Source of the DNA: an uncultured Candidatus Saccharibacteria bacterium
GTDB lineage: Bacteria; Patescibacteriota; Dojkabacteria; J137
Assembly (NCBI GenBank): GCA_964414295.1
Contig: CAYPVU010000007.1
Location: 43,492-107,491 of the forward strand
Length of the DNA: 64,000 nucleotides
Direction: 5' to 3'
A model generated the notes under the pieces. That model did not search any database, was not told the origin of the DNA, and saw only the letters and a program-made list of their open reading frames with translations. Positions within the stretch are counted from its first letter, which is position 1. Every line of letters begins with the position of its first letter. The translations under genes and the position numbers were made by a program. Positions 27,917 through 37,565 of the stretch are shown piece after piece.

Positions 27917-27977
27917 GAAAATGGTATTCCGCCGGCTTCATAACCCGGAGTAGATAGTTCGAATCTATCCCCTGCAA
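27907..27977 (+). tRNA. tRNA-Met/Ile2-like (anticodon CAU), 71 nt, island-encoded
   Basis: Acceptor CGCAGGG/CCCTGCA with a C1xA72 mismatch, D-arm GGAA-AATGGTA-TTCC, anticodon arm CCGGC-TTCATAA-CCCGG (U33, CAU, A37; C31xC39 mismatch), 4-nt variable, T-arm GATAG-TTCGAAT-CTATC. Short D-loop and variable loop. Confidence 0.45.
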
Positions 27978-27998
27978 GATATTTTTTATTAAGAATAT

Positions 27999-28235
27999 AT
28001 GTTCAACTTCTTTAAACCGAGATACATCGCATTTTTTAGTAAAGGTACTAATGATGAAGGCCAAAAAGTAGAAGTTGAAGTAACTCTTCCGGTTAATTCT
28101 TTCAGATTAGCAGAAGTTTTCACTGCAGATAAGTATTTTGTTGAATTATTAGCGCAACCGATAGGATGGGAAATTTCAAAAGAAACTTATATGAAGCTTC
28201 GAAAGTTCTTACATATTAAAAGTACAAGGCTATGA
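27999..28235 (+). CDS. Small hypothetical protein
   Basis: 78 aa. ATGA-type overlap with the next gene. Confidence 0.3.
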   Translation: MFNFFKPRYIAFFSKGTNDEGQKVEVEVTLPVNSFRLAEVFTADKYFVELLAQPIGWEISKETYMKLRKFLHIKSTRL

Positions 28236-29239
28236 AGATAGCTTTTTTAGGTAATTTCAGAGTAGATTATACTTCCGAAACACACTATTTAAAAACACTA
28301 CAAAGATTAGGCCATGAAGTTATTGCTATTCAAGAAGGAAGTGCAGAATTAGCAGTGAATAAAGAATCTTTTTTCAAGAATCTCGCAACTGTAGATATGT
28401 TCTTTTGGGTACATACTCACGGATGGAAAACAGAAGGACTTAGTAAAGTAATGCAGATAATTCGAACAAACAATATTCCGGTAGTTGGTTATCATTTAGA
28501 TTTATGGAAAGGTTTAAAACGAGAAAAAGACTTAGAAACCGATGATTATTGGAAATATCTAACCCACTTCTTTACCTGTGATAAATTATTCATTCCTGAT
28601 TTAGAAGAAAGAGGAATAAAGGCATATTTCTTACCTGCAGGAGTATTTCAAGATGAATGCTATTTAGGAGATTGGAAAGAATATTACAATTACGATGTTA
28701 TATTTGTAGGTTCGAAAACTTATCATCCGGAATGGCCATATAGAACGCAATTAATAAACTGGTTAGAAAAAAAATATGGAAAAAGATTTGCGCTTTTTGG
28801 AATGCAAGGTGTAAATAAAGCACAAATTAGAGGTAAGGAATTAAACAATTTATATGCTTCCGCAAAAATAGTAATTGGCGATACGCTATGTAAAGGATTT
28901 GATTATCCTTACTACCTTTCAGATAGAATTTTCGAAACAACCGGAAGAGGCGGTTTTATAATTCATCCTTATATCAAGGGGATTGAGAATTTGTTTAATT
29001 TAGGCCTTTATACTGCAGATGGGAAAGGTTTTAGAGCAGAAGGAAGAGAGCTAGTTACCTACAAGTTTAATAATTTTGATTATTTAGAATATTCGATTGA
29101 TTATTTTCTTAAACACGAGGATGAAAGGGAAATGATAAAACTAGCAGGCCATGAAAGAACTAAGAAAGATCACACCTACAAAAGCAGGATGTGGTTTATT
29201 ATAAATACTTTATTTCCTGATACAACGAACATTATATGA
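28232..29239 (+). CDS. Hypothetical protein (possibly glycosyltransferase-1/CgeB-like fold)
   Basis: The MKIAFLGNF... N-terminus resembles Rossmann-type GT1/CgeB starts. No firm motif. Confidence 0.3.
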   Translation: MKIAFLGNFRVDYTSETHYLKTLQRLGHEVIAIQEGSAELAVNKESFFKNLATVDMFFWVHTHGWKTEGLSKVMQIIRTNNIPVVGYHLDLWKGLKREKDLETDDYWKYLTHFFTCDKLFIPDLEERGIKAYFLPAGVFQDECYLGDWKEYYNYDVIFVGSKTYHPEWPYRTQLINWLEKKYGKRFALFGMQGVNKAQIRGKELNNLYASAKIVIGDTLCKGFDYPYYLSDRIFETTGRGGFIIHPYIKGIENLFNLGLYTADGKGFRAEGRELVTYKFNNFDYLEYSIDYFLKHEDEREMIKLAGHERTKKDHTYKSRMWFIINTLFPDTTNII

Positions 29240-29489
29240 AAATTGAAACGATTAAAGTAATTGAAAAAACAATAAGTGTACTATCTACAGTATGGTCAAG
29301 TGAAGATGTTTATAAACTACCACAGCAGCAGGAGACATCTTTAGAGCTATATTTGTTTCAGAATATTTGAAGAGTAAGAATACTGAATCATCACTAAAAG
29401 TAGCTTTGGAAACTGCGACCGAGTCAACAAGGTATAAAGGTGTTAACAATACAATTACTCAACTATTCCATCGAACTAAGAAATAACTT

Positions 29490-32400
29490 ATGGGAAAGTT
29501 AACCGAACATACTACTTCTGTATGGAATGAATCAAAAATAAAGGAAAGCAATGCTGGCTTAAAGGCGAAGTTTATTGCTTATCTGAAGCCCGATAAACTG
29601 GGCTGGAATATTTGGATAGTCAATGCCTTGATATTTGCCGTTATATTTTTCCTTACACACATTTTTCTATTCTTTCCATCACTCAAACCTTGTTCAATTT
29701 CTCCTTTTGAGGAAACAAATCACCTACAAAATCTGTTTACTCTACACGCAGCGGTGACTGCATTGATATTTCCAATGGTGTTTTTCATTGCCGAGAAGTT
29801 AAGGTCTACTGATAAGGATGAAGGACGTGTATTAATTCGAGAAAGCTCATTCTGGCATATTATCTTTTTTGGAACTGCACTATTTTTAAATTTAGTCATT
29901 GCTGGTGATGACATATGGCGAGTTGCTGCATACTTAGTGCATTTTCTATATATACTTCTGGTTCTTAATTCGATACGTTCGATAATAAACATACTCCTAA
30001 ATCCACTGGAAATGGATAAGCGCACTCAGCAACTCTATACCCAAAGGATGAATAGGTACAACAATGAACTTATATCATTGAGAATCGCTAACAATAATTT
30101 TGCAGGATACTTAAAACAAAATCCCTATACTGATTTCTCTTTTTTTAATGAGGATAAAGAGATTGTGTTTAAGTCCGAGAAATTTGGCACTATAACCGAT
30201 ATAAATATTAAAGCACTACACAAACTTATTAACAGGGTTATAAAACTATCTGCGCAAAAAGAAAAGTTATCTGATAGCAGTGCCGAATCTGAGACTCCAA
30301 AACCCGTTGAAGAGAAGCCAGCAAAACCTGAAATAAAGGTCAGTAGATTAATTGGTCATAAAGTAACGCAAGAGCATTCTAATCTGCTTACCATTAGGGG
30401 CATTAGCAATCAAGATGAGAAAGAAGTTAAGCAGCTTGTTCAGCAAGTATTTATTATCAATGAAACTAAGTCTTTTGATGAAGAGCTGGAAGTAGAGCTA
30501 GGTGCAATTAGAGATGATTTAATACAAAGTATTCGTTCTAATAGCCAATCAAAGATAAAAACAAAGCTTGACCAGATTGAGAAAGTTACATCGAGCTTTC
30601 TTAAAGCTCTTAACGCCATTAATTCTAATTACAGTGCGGAAGACGCAAACCAAGAACGAGGTAATTTGATTGAAAGATGGAACCAAATAGAATTTGTAAC
30701 AGATATTCTAGATGATGCTTTGCAAGAAAGTCTTTCTACAAATAACCAAAAGATTGTAAAAGAAATTATATATTTCCCTTTTAGGCTATCCCGTCTAGCC
30801 ATTAAATATAATGACCATTTGATATTTCAAACCTTTATTGGCTACATTGGTCGAGTCTACTTTCTAGGAAATAGCAGAGATATAGATAAGTCGGTTAAGG
30901 AATTTATCTTTGACAGGTCTTTCAGGCATCTATCTGAGTTTGCTAATTACGTTTTAGTGCCTGATGCAGAAAAGCAAGGTGGTGATGCTGACCTTTCAAA
31001 TTATTATTCATATTTCCAGTCCATAGCAAAAGTATTCGTAAACTTAATGAAGTCAGCTTACGATGCAAAAAATGAAAAACACTTTGCTAGATTTGCTACT
31101 GAGCTTAGCAAGATAGCGAAATATTTTGAAAGTCGCACATATAGGAATCACTATGATGATTCGGATACTGATATAGATTCTAAATTGAAACTTAAAAAGC
31201 ACATAGAGGAAAGCAAGCAAGATATATTTTTTGGTTTTGCATCATTTATATTGAGAGACTTCATGAGTTCCAAAGATGAAAAACTAAAGCCTTATATTCA
31301 GAAACTAGAATCGTTATTGCCTAATGATATTAAAGAATTTACAGAAATTTTTATACGGGTTCATAACTTTGATATGGGGGAAGTTTGGGGATGGGATTGG
31401 TGGCATGTTAGGGAAGACGAAGAGCATTTTTCAAAAATAGAAACACTCCCTAATCTTGAAAAGTTTTATGCTGTAAGAGGACTGGCATTAGTAGGGCACC
31501 TTGACCAAAACTACTTAGAGCGTATAGATATGCCTACAAGCAGAGACCTTTACTATTTGACAGAAGGAACGAGAGATTTATTGAATCTCTTAAATCACAT
31601 TAAGCAAAATCCAACGCAATATAGCTATCTAATAGCAGATATTACAGAAGAAAAAGTCAACAAGTTTATATCACTGCTGGATAAGGCAAAACAAAAACAA
31701 ATCGAGATTGATAAAAAAACAATAGTAGGCAGTTCATTAGATGAAGAAAAGGTTGCAGAGTTTATTAAAGATTTTAGAGATGGATATAACCGCCACACTG
31801 TACTAAGGTCAATATTCAAAGCGTATAGCAAAATTGAAGATAAGACGGATACTTACATAAAACAACCCGAAGCACGAGGAGTGAACCAAGTTGAAGATAA
31901 AGAAGCATTTATTAGGGACTGGCATGTACATTATGCAGAGTTAGGTGAACACTTTGGCAGTAACATGGCTTATTTTCAAAATCAGAAATTATTGAGTTTT
32001 GCCAAAGAAAAATCACATGCATTAACCATAGAGGAATTGCTCCAAACTGAAGAAGACCCTACTGACTTAATTGCAATACTTGCAGGTAGTAACTTATATG
32101 AGCTTAAAGAAATGTACGAAAATAATAAGTCAGTAAGACTATTCTCATCTTGGGAAGTTGCTTCCGATACAGCCGAATCCAAGTTACCAGTTCTAGGTGA
32201 ACATATTGATGGGTTTATTGAAATTAAGAACGTAAAGGTGCCAATAATTATTATTGATGGCGAAAGAGATAAACCTGAATTGATAGTAATTAAACCTTCA
32301 TCTCTGGGGAAAGCGATTCAATACAAACCGCTTGAAAGTGTTGACTCAGACAGTCTAATAGAGGGTATTTTTAGCCTTGAAATAATTGATATTGCAAAAG

Positions 32401-32573
32401 ATGAATCACTAATGAAAGAATTTCTAGAAAAGAAACCTGAATGGTTAAAGAAAGAAGCTGACCAAGAGAATTACTTGAAGCAAAAAGTCATTATCAAAAT
32501 ATTCGAAAAACTTGGTTACGAAGAATCTGGTGACGAAATAGTTTTTTTGATTGAACTTCCAAAGTTACAGTAG
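29490..32573 (+). CDS. Large (1027 aa) protein with N-terminal 4-TM membrane anchor and ~850-aa soluble domain, function unknown
   Basis: Hydrophobic helices within the first ~170 aa. The remainder is charged/helical with no recognised catalytic motifs. Confidence 0.45.
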   Translation: MGKLTEHTTSVWNESKIKESNAGLKAKFIAYLKPDKLGWNIWIVNALIFAVIFFLTHIFLFFPSLKPCSISPFEETNHLQNLFTLHAAVTALIFPMVFFIAEKLRSTDKDEGRVLIRESSFWHIIFFGTALFLNLVIAGDDIWRVAAYLVHFLYILLVLNSIRSIINILLNPLEMDKRTQQLYTQRMNRYNNELISLRIANNNFAGYLKQNPYTDFSFFNEDKEIVFKSEKFGTITDINIKALHKLINRVIKLSAQKEKLSDSSAESETPKPVEEKPAKPEIKVSRLIGHKVTQEHSNLLTIRGISNQDEKEVKQLVQQVFIINETKSFDEELEVELGAIRDDLIQSIRSNSQSKIKTKLDQIEKVTSSFLKALNAINSNYSAEDANQERGNLIERWNQIEFVTDILDDALQESLSTNNQKIVKEIIYFPFRLSRLAIKYNDHLIFQTFIGYIGRVYFLGNSRDIDKSVKEFIFDRSFRHLSEFANYVLVPDAEKQGGDADLSNYYSYFQSIAKVFVNLMKSAYDAKNEKHFARFATELSKIAKYFESRTYRNHYDDSDTDIDSKLKLKKHIEESKQDIFFGFASFILRDFMSSKDEKLKPYIQKLESLLPNDIKEFTEIFIRVHNFDMGEVWGWDWWHVREDEEHFSKIETLPNLEKFYAVRGLALVGHLDQNYLERIDMPTSRDLYYLTEGTRDLLNLLNHIKQNPTQYSYLIADITEEKVNKFISLLDKAKQKQIEIDKKTIVGSSLDEEKVAEFIKDFRDGYNRHTVLRSIFKAYSKIEDKTDTYIKQPEARGVNQVEDKEAFIRDWHVHYAELGEHFGSNMAYFQNQKLLSFAKEKSHALTIEELLQTEEDPTDLIAILAGSNLYELKEMYENNKSVRLFSSWEVASDTAESKLPVLGEHIDGFIEIKNVKVPIIIIDGERDKPELIVIKPSSLGKAIQYKPLESVDSDSLIEGIFSLEIIDIAKDESLMKEFLEKKPEWLKKEADQENYLKQKVIIKIFEKLGYEESGDEIVFLIELPKLQ

Positions 32574-32682
32574 CAATCTCATTTATAATTCTCATCAAAT
32601 TAAGTATAATTAACTCATAAGTTTTAGGAAGACCTAAACTCAGTGCTTGCATTGGGCATGGTTGAACTAAAATATACAAAAT

Positions 32683-32812
32683 CCACAACGACGATAATAG
32701 CGGCTTCCTAGCCAGCACTTCGTCGTTGTGGTCGAGAACTCCGAAAGGGTCTCGGGTACGTACGAAAGGAGGTATCGCTGGTGTGGGAAGCCACTTTTGC
32801 TTCCTGCTAACT
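32683..32812. other. GC-rich structured element (candidate ncRNA / structured leader)
   Basis: Perfect 11-bp inverted repeat ccacaacgacg(32683-32693)/cgtcgttgtgg(32721-32731), plus further hairpins (ccga-aagggtc-tcgg; ggaagc-cactttt-gcttcc). Local GC is far above the AT-rich background. Confidence 0.3.
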
Positions 32813-32853
32813 TTCCATATCAGCACTACATTATTTTAGTTATATTTACTGAT

Positions 32854-33810
32854 ATGAATGGTGACAACGACACTATTTCAAGGATTAAGCGTTTTCTAGG
32901 TGACAAAAGGAAATTAATGTTTACTTTGCCTCTAGGATGTTTAATATTACTTTGTTTCTGCTGTTTCTCAATCTTCTTACTAGGTTACTTCCTCCCGCCG
33001 ACACTTAAACTTGCTGCTGACGATAACGGTAAAGCTGTATTAGAGCCGAACTATACAATCTCACTTGAATGCTCTGGCATTACCCAACTCAAATTGAACG
33101 ACAAAGAACTATCTACGCAAGAACGAGATGCAATTTGTAGCAAGACTGGCTATAAAGCCGATTTAGTAAATGGTGATAATGCTTTTAACCTTGAAGGTAG
33201 TGATTTGAAAGGTCAGAAGGTAGAGTTAGCTTTTACAATCAAGTATGACGAAGCCGAACATGAAAGAATCCTTGCGCAGCAAGAACAAGATAGACTTGCT
33301 GAAGCTGAAAGACAAAAACAGCTCGAAGAGGAAAATAAGCGAAAGCAGGAAGAGGAAGCTAAACAAAAAGCTGAACAAGACGCAAAAGCTTTGAGTGAAT
33401 GGAAAAACAAATACTACCAATATAAATCCTCAAATATCGATGTTAACTTTGCCAAGTCCAGCGAAATGATTCAGGTATTAAGTAACGGCGTTGATTCTTA
33501 TCAGAGTAGAAATCAAGCAAAGAATTATAAGCAATACTTTGTAAGCCAATGTAAAGCTACCTTAGAAAATGACCTAAAACCGATACCATCTACAGTTAGT
33601 CAAGAAATCAAAGACCTAAACACATTCTACAGCGATTTTTGCCTGTACAACAACTCGTTAGCCAGCAAAGTTGTAAGCTACTTTGAGTCTACCTCAACAC
33701 AAGACCAGTACAACAATCTAGATATGATTACCTACTACATGGGCGAGGTTAACAATGCAAAACTCAATATGGAAGGCAAGATGTCAGCTATTGATTCTAA
33801 GTTAAAGTAA
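32854..33810 (+). CDS. Membrane-anchored coiled-coil protein
   Basis: The ORF track starts at 32728 but the first 42 codons cover the GC-rich structured element. The internal Met at 32854 precedes a TM helix (LGCLILLCFCCFSIFLLGYF) and a KQ/E-rich coiled coil. Confidence 0.4.
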   Translation: MNGDNDTISRIKRFLGDKRKLMFTLPLGCLILLCFCCFSIFLLGYFLPPTLKLAADDNGKAVLEPNYTISLECSGITQLKLNDKELSTQERDAICSKTGYKADLVNGDNAFNLEGSDLKGQKVELAFTIKYDEAEHERILAQQEQDRLAEAERQKQLEEENKRKQEEEAKQKAEQDAKALSEWKNKYYQYKSSNIDVNFAKSSEMIQVLSNGVDSYQSRNQAKNYKQYFVSQCKATLENDLKPIPSTVSQEIKDLNTFYSDFCLYNNSLASKVVSYFESTSTQDQYNNLDMITYYMGEVNNAKLNMEGKMSAIDSKLK

Positions 33811-33829
33811 GTTTTAATTAACAACAAAT

Positions 33830-34057
33830 ATGGATAAAAAATATGAAGTCAAAACAATAAAGTACAACAACGAGAGAGCAATGACGCAAGGCAAGAAGAA
33901 TATGATTAGCAAAGGTTGGGAGGTGGTAGAAACTGTAACAATAAATGGGAGATATGGCTGTTTCAATACAGCCTGTTTGGGTTGCTTATTCCTACCATTG
34001 GCACTGCTGGGTAAATCTAGTGATAGCTATCAGGTGACGTATAGAAAAGTGAAATAA
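33830..34057 (+). CDS. Small hypothetical protein
   Basis: 75 aa. Confidence 0.25.
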   Translation: MDKKYEVKTIKYNNERAMTQGKKNMISKGWEVVETVTINGRYGCFNTACLGCLFLPLALLGKSSDSYQVTYRKVK

Positions 34058-34119
34058 ACAAAGTACAAAATAGTTTACTTTGGAAGTATAATTGGTTAGA
34101 TATTTCTTACTTATTAAAT

Positions 34120-34596
34120 ATGAGTGCAGATAATCTGCTATCAGAAGGTTTGCAAAAAGGTTTTGGTGGTTCAACAAACATTGAAAAAACTTCCAGAGGT
34201 AGCTTTCAACTCACTTCAAGTCATTATGAAGGAGGTAGCGGAGTTTATCACGATGAATGGGTGACTGGCGGCGGACAAGAACTTGTAAGAACACAAGATG
34301 GTGAATCAATGACTAGAACTTATGTTGGTAATGTTATTGCGCCTGAAAAATTGGAAGAATTGGGTATAACAGAAAAAGATGTAATGACTGTACTTAAAAG
34401 AGTAATAACTGAACATGGTGACCAGATTAGATTAGGAGATGATTTCGAAATAACATTGGACGACTGGCTGTACACTTATAAAGTAACTTACAGGCGTGAA
34501 GACCCTTATATTATTAACGGAATTGAAGAAATCCTTTATAAAGACCAGTCAGTTTTTGTTCATACTTTTGGAATTAGCAAGGTAGTCGAAAGCTAA
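34120..34596 (+). CDS. Hypothetical protein
   Basis: 158 aa. Confidence 0.3.
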   Translation: MSADNLLSEGLQKGFGGSTNIEKTSRGSFQLTSSHYEGGSGVYHDEWVTGGGQELVRTQDGESMTRTYVGNVIAPEKLEELGITEKDVMTVLKRVITEHGDQIRLGDDFEITLDDWLYTYKVTYRREDPYIINGIEEILYKDQSVFVHTFGISKVVES

Positions 34597-34619
34597 TCTT
34601 ATTCATTATTAGTTAGCTC

Positions 34620-34988
34620 ATGTACCATGCAATCATAATTAACAAACAGTTTGTAGACAGCAATTATCCTAACACAAAAGATGTATTTGCGAAGAAAGTT
34701 GATGGAGATTGGGAGATTTTTGGAGTAAAAGTGGAAGATAGTGAACTGGATGACTTTATTGCAGAAGTCCAACAAAATATGAGGCCAAATCAAACTTGGT
34801 ATGCGCATGCCTACAACGATACTGAAATGCTTGTTATCTTCAAAGATAAAGTAATCAAAGTCACTCCTCACCAGTCAACTTGGACTCCAATCTTTGAGTA
34901 TGGGAAATCACTTGGTATTCCTGAAAAGCAATTAGATTTCTGGCCAAATAGATTTCAGGATGAGAAGCATTATTTTGAGGAGAAGTAG
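34620..34988 (+). CDS. Hypothetical protein
   Basis: 122 aa. Confidence 0.3.
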   Translation: MYHAIIINKQFVDSNYPNTKDVFAKKVDGDWEIFGVKVEDSELDDFIAEVQQNMRPNQTWYAHAYNDTEMLVIFKDKVIKVTPHQSTWTPIFEYGKSLGIPEKQLDFWPNRFQDEKHYFEEK

Positions 34989-35340
34989 TGAAGCGGGGTG
35001 GAGGGTAAATCTTAAATCTGAACATTCACTACAGAAAGTAGTTGAACTCCTTGCTGTATAAAAGATTCAGGGTATTTGATAATATTAACCCAGTTGGAAG
35101 TTCGAAAATCGTCCCAAGCTTCCCGCCATTTTGCTTCGGTTGCTACAAGACCCGTCTACCTCCCTCTATGTCCTTTAATGGTGTTGTAGATTGGTGATCC
35201 AGAATCGCTAGATTTGCAAAAAGCACTTTTTTACCTCAAAAGTCCTCTAAATCTAAATTTATGAAAGCCATTTGGTTCTAAGGTTTTTTGTTGTGTGTGT
35301 TGAGTTTATACAGTTGATATTTTCGGTTCGAATCTTGTCC

Positions 35341-36174
35341 TTATGATTGAATATTTGGAAATAATTTCTCATATTCATCTGTTGTCATAATATCGTTTAA
35401 AAACTGTTCGAGTTTGATCGTTCTCTTAACCTCTACTAGTCCTTCAGATAAACTTTTGTCTATATCTATACTTTGAAGATCATGATTCAATGTAGTCATA
35501 AAGATAGATACTAGGGCTACATCTTCCTTACTTGATATGTCCTTTAGATTTGAACTAGAAGAAAAAATGAAAAAAGTATCAAACTGCCTAATTCTTAATT
35601 GTGAGATTACTAGATCATGCTCATTAACTACTCCCACTTGAGCATTCAAGCTAGATACATATTGCCAAACATCACCAGGTACATCAATAGCCTGGCAAAC
35701 AAAAATATAACTATTATTTACCACAGGATCCCCATCTTTAATCGACTGTAAAATATCTTTGTCTATTTCAATATGTTTAGGTAAACTTGGGATCGCATCT
35801 CTTACAAGATTTAAGTGTGTCTTTAACAACCACCCAAGTGTTTTATTATTGAATGTTAATTTTAATGCCTGACCATCTTCACTATTCAATATTTCGTTGG
35901 CTAGTGTGCAACCTGCATCATCGAAACCATTAATACTTAATTTTGTATTGCAATCTTGGCAAACATCCTTAATAACACCCTCAAAGTTTTTTAACATCTT
36001 CCACTCACCACCCTTTTTGCCATGATGCATATTTTCGATTTTAGGTCCATATAAAACTTTTAGAACAGATGCTGAAACTAAATGTTCGGATGATAAATTT
36101 GAAGTCTTACCACAATAAATACATTTTTTAGCCATTTTTATAAAATTAGTGGGTAAATTAGTGTGAGAATACAC
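35341..36174 (-). CDS. HNH-endonuclease-like protein (N-terminal CxxC...EHLV motif) with unknown C-terminal domain
   Basis: CIYCGKTSNLSSEHLVSASVL resembles the HNH core (CxxC .. EH(I/V)xP). Last gene of the six-gene minus-strand operon. Confidence 0.4.
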   Translation of the reverse strand: MYSHTNLPTNFIKMAKKCIYCGKTSNLSSEHLVSASVLKVLYGPKIENMHHGKKGGEWKMLKNFEGVIKDVCQDCNTKLSINGFDDAGCTLANEILNSEDGQALKLTFNNKTLGWLLKTHLNLVRDAIPSLPKHIEIDKDILQSIKDGDPVVNNSYIFVCQAIDVPGDVWQYVSSLNAQVGVVNEHDLVISQLRIRQFDTFFIFSSSSNLKDISSKEDVALVSIFMTTLNHDLQSIDIDKSLSEGLVEVKRTIKLEQFLNDIMTTDEYEKLFPNIQS

Positions 36175-36206
36175 CTAGTTAACTAATTTTAGCAATATTA
36201 ATTCTG

Positions 36207-37550
36207 TCAGATAAAACTTAAACTTCTATTTATTAACTTAAATTTGGAATTAACACCCCCCAGTATTTTCAATCTTTCTTCTGGAGTACCGAATTGAAGT
36301 ATATGAAGTAAATATGATTGGAGCATCTGAGACTCAGATTCAGATAGATCTGACTGGTTTACATTACCATTTCTATGAGGAGTTAAGTTAATTGTCTCTT
36401 CACCTTGTTTATATATAATCCCTTTCAAATGATTTAGTCTTTTGACCTCTTCTTCAAACTCTTGCCATAAATATTTAATATTTAGCTTTAATTCAGGAAG
36501 CAGAACTATTAATTGTTTGATCAATTCTTCTTCAGTAATATATGGTTCCTTACAATCATAATCTTTAATTCTATTGCAGTGGTAATAGATGTGAGTATTA
36601 ATAACTCCTTTTTTTGTTCTTCTGTATTTAACTTCTGCTGTAACACTTCCACCACATCTCCCACATTTGCATATCTTTTTAAACGGGAATACTTGTTTAT
36701 TCCATTGTCTGGGAACAACTTCAAGTTGAATCTGAACCTTATCAAAAATATATTTGGAGATCAAGGGTTCATGAATTCCTTTATACCATTTCTTACCGTA
36801 TTGAAATTCTCCATAATAAAAAGGATTACTGAGAGCAACATAAATTCTACCTAAGCTTAATTTGTAACCTTTTTTTGTTTGAAAGTTTTGTTTGTCTAGC
36901 CACTTTTTAACCATTCTTCCTGAATATCCTTGGTTGGCAACTTTATAAAACATTTCTTTAATTACATGAGCTCGTTCTGGATCTAAATCAACTGAAGCTA
37001 TCCTATTTCCTTTCATTGTATTTAAGTAGCCAATTGGAGCCATTCCAGGCCGAATTCCGATACCACATTTATTCCTCAAGCCTCGCTTAACATTGATTCC
37101 TCTATTATCATTTTCAAGTTTTGCCTGAGAACACAGAATCATCAATAAGAACTTTTCATTTGGATTATTGCTGAAAGTTTGAGAATGAGTTTTAATAAAA
37201 AGTAACTTTCCTTGATCCATTAGATCTACAACTCGACCTAAATCTCCTGCATTTCTAGAAATTCTGTCTGGAGCCCAGGTGACTATAGCGTTATATTTCC
37301 CTTTAGAAATATTCTCAAGCATGTAATTGAATTGAGGTCTTTGACCAGTTTCTTTTGCAGAATGGCTTTCTGTAATTACTTCATGAATTTCAATCTTTTC
37401 TCTCTTTGCCAATTCCTTCATTTCCATTAATTGGCCATCAATACTCATTGCTTGTTTTTCATCTGATTCTGAGGATTTTCTGGCATAAAGGCAGTATTGT
37501 ATTTCTTGGTCTGTAGTTTTCATTACCAAGGACAGTACCGCCAACCTCAT
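36207..37550 (-). CDS. Large serine recombinase (second copy, different sequence from 21566..23296)
   Basis: YCLYARKSSESDEKQAMSIDGQ catalytic serine motif, recombinase domain, and a CxxC..C..C zinc ribbon (CKCGRCGGS). Confidence 0.85.
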   Translation of the reverse strand: MRLAVLSLVMKTTDQEIQYCLYARKSSESDEKQAMSIDGQLMEMKELAKREKIEIHEVITESHSAKETGQRPQFNYMLENISKGKYNAIVTWAPDRISRNAGDLGRVVDLMDQGKLLFIKTHSQTFSNNPNEKFLLMILCSQAKLENDNRGINVKRGLRNKCGIGIRPGMAPIGYLNTMKGNRIASVDLDPERAHVIKEMFYKVANQGYSGRMVKKWLDKQNFQTKKGYKLSLGRIYVALSNPFYYGEFQYGKKWYKGIHEPLISKYIFDKVQIQLEVVPRQWNKQVFPFKKICKCGRCGGSVTAEVKYRRTKKGVINTHIYYHCNRIKDYDCKEPYITEEELIKQLIVLLPELKLNIKYLWQEFEEEVKRLNHLKGIIYKQGEETINLTPHRNGNVNQSDLSESESQMLQSYLLHILQFGTPEERLKILGGVNSKFKLINRSLSFI

Positions 37551-37565
37551 TCAAAGTCCAGCAGA

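Noticed and set aside
29720-33420. ORFs 29720..30025 (-), 31625..31831 (-), 31982..32182 (-), 32494..32826 (-), 33213..33410 (-), 33226..33420 (-)
   Set aside because: They are antisense to the long plus-strand genes 29490..32573 and 32854..33810. The 32494..32826 ORF also spans the GC-rich hairpin element.
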